Shown here: piece after piece, positions 44,901-57,689 of the stretch
Layout: each line of letters begins with the position of its first letter
Position numbering within the stretch: position 1 is the first letter of the stretch
NCBI RefSeq assembly: GCF_000981445.1
Contig: NC_027216.1
Span: 744,001 to 808,000, forward strand
Length of the DNA stretch: 64,000 nt
From: Babesia bigemina
Lineage: Eukaryota
Direction of reading: 5' to 3'
Position numbers and translations under genes: made by a program
The notes under the pieces: model-generated
The model's input: only the letters and a program-made list of their open reading frames with translations
Told to the model about the DNA's origin: nothing
Databases searched by the model: none

Positions 44901-47884
44901 CAAACATCCGGTTGTTGCACCTCCCCGCATTGTTCAACCTATACGGCCTCATCATTGGCAAGAGGCAGTTCAACCACGAGGTCGTTTGCGACAACGCGTA
45001 CGAAAGTGTAGTGGAGAGTGGGAGCGCTATGGGCGGGAAAGTCCTTGGTGGCATGGCGCTGCTCGTGAACATGCCCAACAACGCCCGCAGCGCCATGCTG
45101 GTCACGCACATGCTTCTACACCTCAAGGAGATGGGCGAGTCCATCAACGCCACGCAGAGCGATATCGACCCTCTGAGTTGTGAGCAGACCGTGCTGTACG
45201 CATTTGCGCTTGCGTACATGCACTGCCAACATTGCGTGGTCACGGAATTCCCGCTGGTCATACTGGAGCTCCTGCGCTCCGCGTTGCCCAAGTTAAACGT
45301 ATATGCGGCACTCGCCGACATGCTATGCCTCGTGCTGGGATATGTATACCGCTACACCAACCTTCATTTCTACATAACGGAGGATGTCTTGACTCTGTTC
45401 TCCGACTACCTGGACGCGACTCAGAACCACGTTAGGATTGGTTGGGTCCTGGGGCTATGCAACCTTATTGAGGACGTTCCGCGCGACTCCATAGGCGTGA
45501 TAGAGCCGCTGATGTCCAGGATCACAGAGTTGGTTGTGAACGGAGACCTCCCGGAGGCAAAACGCGCACTGCTCGCCGTACCCCTTGTGCAGCATTGGGC
45601 GTTGAAAAAATGTAACGACATCGGTTCCGCAATTGCAAAACTGCTTGTAGAAGTGTGTTCAACAACTCCTACTGACCCCTGCATTGTGCTGCTCCTGGCG
45701 TACTGCCACTACGTAGGTTTTGAACCGCATGTGGTTGACAAAAACTGCAACTTAGCCGGATGCGATAATTGCCCCGGAATTGGTGGGGGGAATCACGCAG
45801 AAGTGGGCGGCTGCAATGATAAGGAGGGTTGCGCATGTGACACGAAAGTCGAGCATGCGTGGGCCGGCAATGAAGGCGACAACCAGTTTTCTTGCAGCCT
45901 CACAGCAGGGAGTAAAGACTCGCAAAGACAGGGTTGTGCCCACGTTTTGTACGGAGAAAACGGCTGTCATAACTTCGACGATAAAAGGGGGCATTATGTG
46001 GGAACGACGGCGTTCTCTGCAGGGGATGGCAGCCAAGTACCCAATAGTATCAAGGATGGCAACACCGCAGGCGGCGACAGAGTTCCAGACAAGCTACAAG
46101 AAACTCTCATGGGTTCTATTCGGCTGAATGTAGCTGCAGACGACGTGGCAAAGGATCTTCTGATAGTAGCTGCGATGCTTTTGCATGGTTTCCCGTACAT
46201 GGCACCACCGCGCAACTCGTGCGCCAGGCGGCTCCTGCGCAACAAGAATGGCTGGTCGGTGCTGTTCAACGACCTTGTAGCCGCGCTATCGGCTATAGCG
46301 TACCAGGAGACCGTGGAGGTGACCATGGCAACGGCGCCCAAGGCCAGCAGGTACAGTCGCTCACGAGGATCCACGACCCCTGCGACGCAGCATCCCGTGG
46401 CCACTCAAATGAAGGCCGACGAACCTCAGTGGGGAGACGAGTCCGCTGTTGTGGCGGGTATACTGCAGCTGACCTTGATCAAGAGGTTCTTGGCCAACCA
46501 GGCGGAACTCGATTGCTACGATGAAGACGGCAGTATCGGCAACACCCTAGCGGAGATCAGACACAACCCCAACTCGTTCAAACTATTGAGTGCTCTCACC
46601 CTCTGCAAGCCGCTGAAGCTGACGCTGTGGGATATAATATCGTTCGAGGACACCGAGTGCAGCTGTGAGCGTGAGCTAGTGCTTCGCGTGTACTGCCTGC
46701 ACGGCCAGATCAACAGGTCCCTCATGGAGCACCTAGCAAGTGCAGCGAAGTACTTCGGCTGTTTCGACAGGCAGCTGAAGGTCTCGTTTCTCAACTGCGT
46801 GCGCCTGGCCTTCTGGAGCATTGACTTCAACAGTCTGCGGTTGGTGCTGTCGTACATCGCAGACTTCGACGATCTCGACGTGCTGCTCACAATAGAGACG
46901 TTGGTGGAGTCGTGCGTGTACCTCATGAAGGGGGAAGACGGCGCGGGGCTCAACGGTGAGGAATTCGCCTCCAAGGTTCTCTCCAAACTACTTCACCCGA
47001 TCATAGTTCAAGTAGTCTCGCGATCGAGGCGCCACAAAGCCGCTGTCTGCCTGTACCGCAAGGCGATGCCGTACGTCAATGTGGATCAACGTGGAGAGCT
47101 GGTGATGACCGTCAACTCGAGCGACATCGCGCTCAAGTCACTTCTCTGCGGCGTGTGCGATGCGGCGGGGGCACCGTTCACTTTCAACGAGTGCTTCGCC
47201 CAACTGGTGACGCAGAATGTATCGGTGAGCAATGTGGTGCTCTACTGCTACGTGAATGTGCACCGCCACATGGAGGTGATGCTGCACTGCATCCACGTTC
47301 TCAACGTCAGCACCAACTCCGAGCAGATCACCCTGGTCTCATTGGCCCTCATGGCGCTCGTCGCGGAACGCAACGTGGCGTCCTACCTCCTGGAGCTTGC
47401 ATTCGACGGGAAGAATATAGAAGCCAACGCCAAACACGAACTACGCCACATCGCAACCCTCGACGTATACGAGTTTATCAGGCTCAACCGGCAGCCCAAC
47501 CTCTTCTACTACGACACCATCGACGCGAGGACGCTGGCTAAAAGCGCAAACGTGCCGGCTACCGCGCCTGGTACCTGGAAGAATTGCGGCCTTGAGGCGA
47601 CGCCTCTCGGACGACTGCTCCCCATGGCAAAGGACCGCCACGTGCCCAACTGGCTGCCAAAACTAGGCAACCTCGCCCTGGACCGCAGGAAGCAGTCGCT
47701 CATGCCCATGGATCTGCCAGCACGCAAAATGGTGTCGTCGCTGTCAGAGGTTGGCGCGGAACACCTACTCCTCGATAACGCCGTGGTGATCATGTCGGCC
47801 TACAAGGCGCACTTGATCGAGCGCCACCCGGCGCACCCGGGCCTGCGCGATATCATTGCCTATTTGAATACGAGGCTCGCATGA
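41966..47884 (+). CDS. Large helical-repeat protein (1972 aa), probable focadhesin/RST1 (DUF3730) homologue
   Basis: Uninterrupted ORF, Leu/Ala-rich amphipathic helices; segment FRSLCKYRPEDAL...AIDGCTRMCKNDVMDFGIAY resembles the recalled DUF3730 motif (RDvC..P....L..LC..DViDFytAW). The CDS itself is near certain; the family call is tentative. Confidence 0.7.
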   Translation: MVLVDSAGRRDPAVRNKKQVARDSLCAVLCDDSSLQKSAALTLARASATESKCRLIPRLCLTGASLEVLLSLVRGELPNCMPSFSISKSLFLPKTRWLDGSGIFPSEDEEVGVNTLRECMQSPEAWERARVIALRALLVHRGADPTALEELLPHVVVGVKPESKKQVTYCRETAVALAVAFAEAIPDGDSFEFAVLQMTLVNEEVKIPILQTVIERAMSEHALLPRVLKLLKRMMNTESATPAFDLVGDAPRSPSLSVFAMAHLCTINAQCLASAVPRALQVIDFHAADCAGLRLMCLLVCAVRLGDIKSVTIRRNYVRFMHSKLAARAYGGYAEDIAEALKSRPNVIRVIVDAIVTTVYTVTRNSQPVYELVAMVSALLELILAAAPAAAEQTPDMKLPAAALDVASLLKVRALVSHLTHCGISIENDQRLDPLLASIAQAVADDGIFAYASRFDFSAQFVIEEAHIWGDIAAMCGEDHGLGLFNAVKARVQSASDIVWTFNTLQRLYVGVAVMRDTELVTDSPDVHGAVVHIREGWCLRDAIKVALATLTLNVSAHAAALAYIAAIAARNNEEALFFVSALVDSTLFLLRNAAVLPWEVAFKMVEMNIVMLARLSRHRLALPIVFSAFRYLFGHQLMQLCRDGVPQFYRFDARWRCLLLCHSDIPAAKVVDSPTTERLQAMTPRDREVYMIVFRSLCKYRPEDALKYVNDLGELFAEYPVMAIDGCTRMCKNDVMDFGIAYRVYVASLMQANFTNTAVVGAVGSFFCEYLKLVSMRIQGQVNDEDVDDLNLIMINLLQLAALNDLHGVTAIAALLKSPLWTKLQTLRNWHINKECGCYSLLDRIKKSQLKCTFSKLDYRFFEFDFTAFIGAEAGEEGSDPASTHGHSLLISAVIDAESEATSRATLLSRRNDAVLGFNREIRRVTREMLRSLGFSKPTISSFRFILESDDMDSRDSMAELGAAACVLPMQGAEIGIANIRLLHLPALFNLYGLIIGKRQFNHEVVCDNAYESVVESGSAMGGKVLGGMALLVNMPNNARSAMLVTHMLLHLKEMGESINATQSDIDPLSCEQTVLYAFALAYMHCQHCVVTEFPLVILELLRSALPKLNVYAALADMLCLVLGYVYRYTNLHFYITEDVLTLFSDYLDATQNHVRIGWVLGLCNLIEDVPRDSIGVIEPLMSRITELVVNGDLPEAKRALLAVPLVQHWALKKCNDIGSAIAKLLVEVCSTTPTDPCIVLLLAYCHYVGFEPHVVDKNCNLAGCDNCPGIGGGNHAEVGGCNDKEGCACDTKVEHAWAGNEGDNQFSCSLTAGSKDSQRQGCAHVLYGENGCHNFDDKRGHYVGTTAFSAGDGSQVPNSIKDGNTAGGDRVPDKLQETLMGSIRLNVAADDVAKDLLIVAAMLLHGFPYMAPPRNSCARRLLRNKNGWSVLFNDLVAALSAIAYQETVEVTMATAPKASRYSRSRGSTTPATQHPVATQMKADEPQWGDESAVVAGILQLTLIKRFLANQAELDCYDEDGSIGNTLAEIRHNPNSFKLLSALTLCKPLKLTLWDIISFEDTECSCERELVLRVYCLHGQINRSLMEHLASAAKYFGCFDRQLKVSFLNCVRLAFWSIDFNSLRLVLSYIADFDDLDVLLTIETLVESCVYLMKGEDGAGLNGEEFASKVLSKLLHPIIVQVVSRSRRHKAAVCLYRKAMPYVNVDQRGELVMTVNSSDIALKSLLCGVCDAAGAPFTFNECFAQLVTQNVSVSNVVLYCYVNVHRHMEVMLHCIHVLNVSTNSEQITLVSLALMALVAERNVASYLLELAFDGKNIEANAKHELRHIATLDVYEFIRLNRQPNLFYYDTIDARTLAKSANVPATAPGTWKNCGLEATPLGRLLPMAKDRHVPNWLPKLGNLALDRRKQSLMPMDLPARKMVSSLSEVGAEHLLLDNAVVIMSAYKAHLIERHPAHPGLRDIIAYLNTRLA

Positions 47885-48293
47885 ACCCGTTGTCAGCAGG
47901 TGCTGTTATACAGTCGCAAATAACACCGCCACCTAAATTGTAGCACCGTAGAGATGTTTTTACTACTACCGTCGGGCTCAGGGGCTGCTGCAGTTCGGGG
48001 GGTCACGTTGGGGCAGTGTCCCACACTATTTGTAGGGAATATGCGTCAAAACGGTGTTTGCAGCGCGGTTTGAGGTCCTGTGCCGGCAGAGCGGCTCGCG
48101 TCGGCACACGGTCTGTCTAGGCCACATGCCACCGCGCCAATTTTGCCTGCCCTTGAGGGCCAAAGGCGCCGCCCATAGAGTCATACGCTTGTCCAAGCGA
48201 CGAAGCAAAGGGTGAGAGTATGCTACAGATATACAACAGCCAAAAATGCTGGGAACAGCGCATCACGGGATGTGTAAAATGGCAATTAAAATT

Positions 48294-51200
48294 TCACTGT
48301 GACGTGCCGTTGCATCCCCGGCCGCGCCTGCAGGTGACCGCCTGGAAGGCGCGTTTGAACAGTCTCTTGAACACGTTGATGCGGTTGTTTGTCGTCGCCA
48401 CGTTGAACAGCTGCTCCTCCAGCACCTCAACCACACGGCTACGGTCCTCCTCGAGCAGCAGACCCTGCGTAGACTGCTCGTTCACCACATCGAGCTTTAT
48501 GCGCAGCATCATGCACGCAGCCATAGTCACCAACCCGTGGCTGAAGTCCTGCGGGAAACGGCTTCGCAGCGTCGCGATATAGAGCTTCGCGTGTCCGAGC
48601 TGGCTGCGGTAGCTGTTTATCAGCTTACCCTCCAGCAAAAGCTCCATGTTGCGACCGCCGCGGTCGAGCAGGTGCTGGTGGACGTCGATGTACGCAACCA
48701 AAAGCTCGAGCACCGACTGCACCACATTGTGCTGCGAGAAGTTCAGCACGTGCCACCCGAGGCAGCTGTCCATGCGGCTCATACGCTTGTCCACCATAGA
48801 GTGCAAAATGAACCACTCGAACTCGAAGCCGTTCATAGATTCCACGCCCTCGGGGGGTTCGGGGCGGCCTGAATCGGGGCCCGGCTCGGACGCGAGGACC
48901 GCCTCCCACGCAGCTATCGCACGCTTCTTCATCTTCTTCAAAGCGAAGTCCCGCGCCCTGTCCAGCGCATTCTGTAGCAGCAGCAACGACCCCCCGTCTA
49001 TCAGCGCAGACTCGTACAGTCTGTTGTACATGTCAGAAAACGCGTTGAAAATCATGATGTACAACTCGCCCTCACGCTCCTTTCGCAGCACACGGCGGGT
49101 ACCCGGCATGTTGCCATCTGCGGACTCGTGCTCGCAATTCTCGAAAATACGGTCGTCGCTGTTCAGCCGGGGCACGAGGGTGCTGGTGATGAAACGCTTG
49201 TGCACAGGGCGCTGGTAGAGGTTGTCCAAGTTGATGGTCGCGTCCGTGTCGGAGCGCTGAGCCCACGCGTATGGGCTGATGCCTTCTTGACTTCCGTATG
49301 CGGGCATGCCCGGAGGATTCATGGAAGGACGCGGTACCGACAGCAAGTCTGAAGACAGACGGTGCATTTCCGGAGCCTCTCCCATATCGTCGGTCATGGC
49401 GTGCTCCAGCAAACGCAGGTAACGCTTCGGATCGTAGGCCGCATTGTCACTAGAGACCTTGTTCTTCAGGATCGAGTATGCCAGCAAAGGCCTGTCGGTG
49501 GACACGGGACCCTCTGGCTCGTCTGAGCGTGATTCGGCCGGGGTGGGCGGCTCTTCAGGGCACTTTAAGCAATCGCACGAGTTATCAGGCGCTTTGTCTC
49601 CGGGCGCGTCCCCCGACCCGGGAGCAGATGCTGGTTGGGCTACATCGGCCTTTTCCCCGGCGCCAGAGACCGCTGATGAACGGCTGCGCACACTTTTGCA
49701 GCTATGCAGCGTCGTCATCGCCTCGAACTGCATGTTCTCCTGATATACATGCAGCTCGATTGGGTCGGGCTGGATATAGTCGTCAAAAGGCTTGTCAATG
49801 TCAGGGACGTCGAACTCCAAGTTGCCAGTAGCGTTCCATCTGATGGTGGACATAAGCGGAACCAAAGTTCTAGCGCGTTCCACGGCGTCGGTGTTCTTGA
49901 ATAGCCAGTGGTTGCGCAGCCAGTCGACCTCGAGGTTGAACTCGTAGTCGATCAGATTCATAACCTTAACCAGATATACACGACGGAACGGCTTCATCGG
50001 ATACGGGCTCAGCCACCGATACACCAACTCAAAAGTCAAACCCTGGATCAATAGAATGAGCATAACATTGCCCCCGAGGTAGAAAGCCAGAAGGTCGCTT
50101 ACTTCTTGAGGGGTGTGAGTATCGCTCTCGAGCCTCAGGCCTAGCACCAACACAAGGGCGCCACGGAGTCCGCCCAAAATAACCAAAATGGTCTGCAAGG
50201 ATGTTGTGTGGTTACAAATGTCTGTAAACGTACCTCTTTCCAGTTCACACCGTAACCGATGTACGATAACAAAGGGCTGAACACGACGATCATCAAAGCC
50301 CTGGCCAAGTTCAACAACAAGTACATGCCAAAAAGCTTCCACAAAAGCAGCATGACGTTAGGACGACTAAACTGCGACCGAAGCATTCCAACGGTCAGAG
50401 CGCCGCTGATCAAAAAGACGGCCGAATTCGCCATCAGACACAGACCCTCCACGAGGTGGTGGTGTTTCTCCAAAGCCTCACGGTCGAAAGCCATCACGCC
50501 GTACACCTTAATGAATATACCGTAGCATACGAGCGAAAGCGGACCCGAAAGGTTCATCGTGTATTCGGAGAGGAAAAACAGCAGGTGGCCGCAAGTAATG
50601 ACCGCAATACATTGCGCACTGTGGTGCTTGCGGAAGTGACTAATCCACATAGCCACAACAACGCCGACAAGAACCCCCAGCAATGGGCTCAACAACAACA
50701 GCTGGCAGAACACCAAACCATGGTACCAGAACGGCCTGGGCTGCCCAACCAGTAGCAGGTAAAAAAATTGGAACAAAAGCATAGATGAACCGTCGTTTAT
50801 GAGCGATTCGCCTGAACATCCATTGAGCTATACGCGCGATAGGGCACCCACCATTGAAAATTGAAGACAGCTTCGGGTGCGCCTTCACACCACTAAGCAC
50901 TGCGAGCACCGCCACGGGATCAGTCGAACTCAAAATCGAAGCGAGAAGGAAGCTTATCGTCACGGACTGATTTGGAGCTATGTTAAGCACATAGTGGAAT
51001 ATCGTGCCCAATAAGCAGACCTGCAGAACCACCTGCGCAACGTTACACGGATGAAAACGCGACTCACCCCAATAATCGCGAGACTGACACCCCCGAGGAA
51101 GAAGCTGCAAAATGCGTACCAGTTGATCTCCTGAGTCGCCTCGTAAAGCAGGATGGGCAACACCGCGTAATATAGGATGGAGCTGTCAATGTGCCTCAGA

Positions 51201-51898
51201 CCATTTATCGATAGCGACAGCGGATCACTACGACCGTAGGGCTCCAACAGGACTGTGAATCCGTACGTTATCATGCCGAAGATGAAACACGCAATTGAAA
51301 TAGGTATCCGGTTGTTGACCTTCGAGATAATGAACTGCAGCACGCAAGCCGATAAAAATATAAAAGACGTGAGGGTGACGAACTGAGCAACGTTGGGAGA
51401 CACCGCAGCAGGGTTGCCATTTACAGGATCATGGGAATCGGTCTCGCCAGGGATTTCGCCCGAAGGTATGCTTGCGGATTCCGACTTTATCATGGAGGAT
51501 GGATTCTGTGGAGCACTCGAAAACGTGGCAGAACTTAATGGGCTCTCTGGTGTTGTCCTGTTAGTTGCGGCTGAGGCCGCACGCAAGCTGCGCGGGCTTC
51601 CTGCATTATCTTGAGCCACGGTATGGTCTGTTTTACTGTATGGAGTGCCGGATAGCGGTGTGGAAGCCGCTGCCTGCTGTACATGCGACCATGCTTTCCC
51701 GGTAGAACTCGTCTCAACACCTTTTTCCCCTGCCTCCGGGGGGTGGGTAAATGGGATCGGATTATGTGGAGCATCAGATTTCGACGGATTCTTCTTGATG
51801 GGTTGTTGGCATACTGCTGCGTGCCACAGTTGGCTGCTTGCAACAAGCACAATCAGCAATGGCACAGCGCGCCACCGCCACGGAGCAGGGCGCTCCAT
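48294..51898 (-). CDS. NHE: Na+/H+ exchanger, CPA1 family (SOS1-like); multi-exon
   Basis: Signal peptide, many TM helices, LPILLYEA, ASILSSTDPVAVL, GESLINDG, ANSAVFLISG, GGLRGAL; long cytosolic tail. Confidence 0.92.
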
Positions 51899-52783
51899 TG
51901 ATAAGAAATAGAAGTGATCAACCCCTTATCACCTGAGCACGTTGTGTATCTGCCTTTGCCATCGATCCAACGGGCAGGATGCGACCTGGCAACTGCAGAA
52001 GCTGGAGGTCATGGGCGAGATGCGCAGGAGTTTTATAGCCCGCGAAGTAAATCGCACAAGACATCGGACTGTATGCCACCTTCACGGCGCAATAATGCCG
52101 ATTGCTTTTAGCAGCCTCCAACTCGCAGCGCTGGCTAACTCGCCGGGCCTAGGTGCCGACGCCGTCCCCATGTCGCGTGATTGCGGGTACATTTGGGCGG
52201 CACCGACGCGTCGAAGGGCATACGCTGCGATGCGTCTTAGATTCCCTTCTGTTTTGTATCGAGGAAGGTTGTGAGGAATCTCGGCGAAAACCTCCGATTC
52301 CTCCGGCTGAGTTCCTGGCGTCCTCCAGGTGGCGATAAAAACGCATGATTCCACATAAAGGCAATACACATCGGCGATACTCGGACACAAAAGTTGTAGA
52401 TTGGTGCGTACTCGCATTAGGTAGGTATAGACAGGCGACGACGCTCGCGCAAATGCCCGGTTCATACGTGACTCGATAAGTGCACCCGTGTTATGCATTA
52501 GTAGGCTAGATCACAATCTGTGGAATATTCATTTGTGTTGGCGGGAGATGTTGGTGTAAATAATGCCCATATTATGTTAGATGGCACTTTTGTTCTTAGA
52601 TCAGATAGACGAAAGTGCTACTCGGCACAGCGGTGTTGATAGCCATAACGCGAGAGGCGTACATCCTGTTGTGGCTGAATACATCGGGTCCATAGTTACT
52701 TAACCTGGTTGTGTAATTATGCGCACAAACAGTTTCGCAGGTAACGCCAGGTGCACCGCTCGTCAGATGCAACGAAAAATGCA

Positions 52784-53484
52784 ATGCACTACGGGATATT
52801 GCTTTGTTTTATCTGGATCGCCACGCGTGTGGATAGTTTCGTGATGCGGGACGTAGATTCCACACGCCTTATCGCATTAGGAGCCCTTGTACGCACCTCT
52901 AGGGCGAAAAAGATGGAAATCGTACGTTCACATATCAATCGTACCCAATATCGTGCCAGGTCCAGGAGATTAATTCGCCTTTTCCGCGCAGGAATTACAA
53001 GGCGGACGGCGCTTGTGAACGCATGGTGGCAAACTCGGTGCTGCAGTGGCGTAAGACCATGCTAGACGAGGCATACCGCCGTGAGTTCAACTGGCCATAT
53101 CGCAAACGTCACCGTGGGGGGAGACTAGACAAGCTAAGACTAGAGAGGCGCGTACAGGCGGTGGCGCGATGGCAGCCGCTGTCGCCCATCAAAGTGAACA
53201 AAATATTCAGGCACATACGCAAGCTACCCGTCATGGTCGCCATGGGAGACCTCGCGCAACGTGGTGCCAATCGCTACGCCGTTGCCGTATACAAGCTCAT
53301 CAAGTCTGCACTCACAAATGCGCAGACCATGTATGGAAGCGACGATGCGCCACTGGTGCCACGGTTCCGTGAACTCACAGCGACCAATGGTGGCTTCATC
53401 AAACGGCCGCTTTTCCGTGCCAAGGGACGTTGTGACGTTATCCGAAAGCCAAAAACGCATATAAAGGTTGTGCTAACAGTCTGA
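52784..53484 (+). CDS. RPL22: Ribosomal protein uL22 with bipartite leader, probably apicoplast; spliced
   Basis: MHYGILLCFIWIATRVDS signal; AVARWQPLSPIK, KLIKSALTNA, RPLFRAKGRCDVIRKPKTHIKVVL. Confidence 0.85.
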
Positions 53485-53744
53485 TGAAGTAGCTTGCTGG
53501 AAGCATCGGCCTTTAGCGCAGTACGGCGCGCGGCGAATACCATAGGTGCCAACACGCTGACGTCGGTAACTCTAACAATGGGCAACAAACGTAGACGTCT
53601 CTACGTTATGCACCGTTTAATGTAGTATCTGATTTGGCTAAAACGGATTTTGGAACTAATATTGTGGATATAACAAAAATTAAAAACAAGATGTCGCAAG
53701 ATCCGTTGTGCATAGCCGCCACATGACGGATGTCGGAATCGATC

Positions 53745-54729
53745 TCACATTTTGCGATAAAGCAGCACTATCACGACCAGCGCAAACGCTAGTATATATA
53801 GGGCATAGTTGGGCCACCACGAAGAGCGACGACGTTCAGCCGTATGGTTCAACGCAATGTTGGTCTCCAGCGTGTCCTCAAAAGCGTGAGCCATGTTGCT
53901 TTCGATGTTGTCTGCAGTTGTGTGGCACAGCTAGTGATATGCGCAAACCTAATTGGTCGCCCTGGTACTCCACTACGTCCCCAATTTGGACGTACAGGTC
54001 CTGGATATCATATATGTTGCTTCTCAACTGCTGGATCTGCTGAGAACGCTCCTCGATCATCCGCGATTCGACCGGGTGTGTAAACCTGCATTGACATTTA
54101 GCTATTTGGAGTGAAGCACATGGGCATACCTCACAGGTAGCGTTTCCTGCTCGACCTGCAGTGACCCGCACGCCGCGGTGCTGCGCAACGTCATCTGCCG
54201 AATATTCAACACAATTCCCACCTCGGCTCATGATCAGTATCGCGCGCGGATTCAGGAACGGGTATTTCGACCGTGCCCTGCGACATACGCGATTGCAGAG
54301 CATCCAACTTGTCCAAATACTCCATGAGCTCCTTCAAAAGCGAGTCGTAAAGAGCCGTCGACTCCTGATGGCATATGGCAGTTGGTACAGGGTAGACAAA
54401 CATTCATCGACGACAGCTCCTCGTAGTATTCATGCAGGTTGGTGAGGATGCGCGTGGCATCACTCTTTCGGTCCTTAATCGCACCCGCGCTGAGCAATGA
54501 TGATGGCATATCAAACTTGTTCATACATAATCTCTGATTTCGATTTTAATGCATCTTCCTCTTCAGCCTATCATCAAATGTCTCCGAAGAGCGTAATAAC
54601 ACCCACCTCTACAAGAATCTTGGTCACGGCCGTGCGGAAGGCTTTCATCGCTGCCTTGGCTCGGTTGGCGGCCTTCGTGTTGCGCGAAGCCATCGCCGCC
54701 AACGTCGATTTGACGTGCTCGCGCGCCAT
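53745..54729 (-). CDS. Syntaxin-like t-SNARE; multi-exon, 5' exons approximate
   Basis: SNARE motif ERSQQIQQLRSNIYDIQDLYVQIGDVVEYQGDQL|DNIESNM; C-terminal TM YALYILAFALVVIVLLYRKM*. Confidence 0.8.
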
Positions 54730-54861
54730 TGTCGAGAGAAAGGGCCGATTCAGAGCAGACGGCGGCGAGACACACGCAACGCGGCGCCACTCCCCACTCC
54801 GTACGTGATTCTACAGTAAAGGTGCCATATACACGCACACACCAGACCGATACTTATTATA

Positions 54862-56182
<1,321 letters not shown>

Positions 56183-56321
56183 TCAACCGGGCATCTCGAT
56201 TTCAGGGCGTCGGCAACGAAACGTGAAGCAGGGCGTTGGAATCCTCGGACGCGACGACGCTATGGGGAAGCACTCAACACACATCGGGGTGCCGCGGTGC
56301 CGAACTAAAGCAAACTAAACG

Positions 56322-57545
56322 TTAAACCGAAACAACATCATTTCCAGAAAGTAAGCCTTCGGCATACGCCGCGGCAGCCGCAAAGTTTGGGGATGATAAC
56401 CAGGGGTGGCTCTGAACACGGTTATCGCAAATGTGTCGCGACCTACCAGCGCGGCCTGCGGCCTCAACCGGCTCCTTGGATCCTTACACAGCACACCGCG
56501 GATAAAGCTCTCGAACTCGGGGTCTATCGACTCCCCTGCAGCGCGAACACAGGCCAACTCATTATCGATGTCGAACTGGGCAATGTTGGCGAGCAGCTCC
56601 ATAGGAGCTGATAGAGGGTCACGCAGGGGGTAACGACGAAAGTATAGCATCCAAAGAGACGATCCAAACGCCCACATGTCAGCGGCTGAACCGTCGTACG
56701 AATCTGAGGGGGGGTTGGAGAATTAGACATCCTAACCCACCGGACGCATTGGAGGCAATCTCCGGAGCAAGAAAATAGTAGCTACCACGAGCACCGGTCA
56801 CTTGGCCGTCGCTTGTCATCATCTGAGATTGGCTAAAGTCCCCGAGCTTGCAGCGGCCGCTGGCTTCCATGAACACGTTGTCTGGCTTCACGTCGCCGTG
56901 CGCCACCTTGATGCTGGCCACTGAGCACAGTTATAGCCGGCACAGCGGACCCACAGTAATCGAGCGCTTGAATCACGTCATGGGCAATGCACCTCAGAAC
57001 GTCGCGAGGTATGTGTGGAATCTTGGCGGAGCTATCTAACTCCATGAGGCTCCCGCATTCACACCACTCTAGCACTGAGGGCTTTTACGGATTGGAGGCG
57101 CCACCTACCGAGGTCTATCTCGTTGCCTACGGCGCTTTCATCTTCCATATGAAGGTCGAAACCGCTCACGCATACGCAGCGGACGCAGCGCTCGTGCTGG
57201 ACCAGCAGCTGGATGCTGATGGATCGACGGAGGTCGGCGAACCAGCTCTGGCGGACCAACCTCCCCGACGAATTCCTGTAGCGCCTTAAATGCTCCAGAT
57301 CTTCGCGGTAGATTCGCTTCAGAGCGTAATGTTTACCAGACGAGTCGCACGAGAGGTACACATCCTGGCACGTCCCGTAGTGCAGAAGCTTGACAACAGA
57401 AAGTTGTAGCATTAGGTGTGTATAAAATGCGACATAGACTTCCAGAGTTATGGCGGAAGCGGAATGAACGAACACACCGGGGACGTGATAGCCCCGGCCG
57501 CTGACACCATCTTACGGCCGCCGGCGCGCACATCGAATCTGCCAT
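56322..57545 (-). CDS. Ser/Thr protein kinase, CAMKK/PK7-like, divergent; multi-exon
   Basis: YALKRI, HGDVKPDNVF, KLGDFSQS, GSYYFLAPE, DMWAFG, KDPRSR, HPWL; start codon uncertain. Confidence 0.8.
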
Positions 57546-57689
57546 GGCGACAAAACCGACTCAGACGCAGCGTATCACTAACATGTGGACCTCACAGGCA
57601 CATATGGCGCCTATGTGGCGTGTAACACTAATAATTACGGCGCCGTACTCGCCAACTGACACAATACCCAGCAAACAGCCGCCTGCAAA

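Noticed and set aside
51914..52780. Several 65-140 aa ORFs between the NHE and L22 genes
   Set aside because: Mutually overlapping with no homology cues; probably a divergent promoter and UTR region
53500..53645. TGTAGTATCTG and TTTGGCTAA resemble U2 snRNA words
   Set aside because: They are in the wrong order, with no Sm site or U2 stem-loops; lies between convergent gene ends
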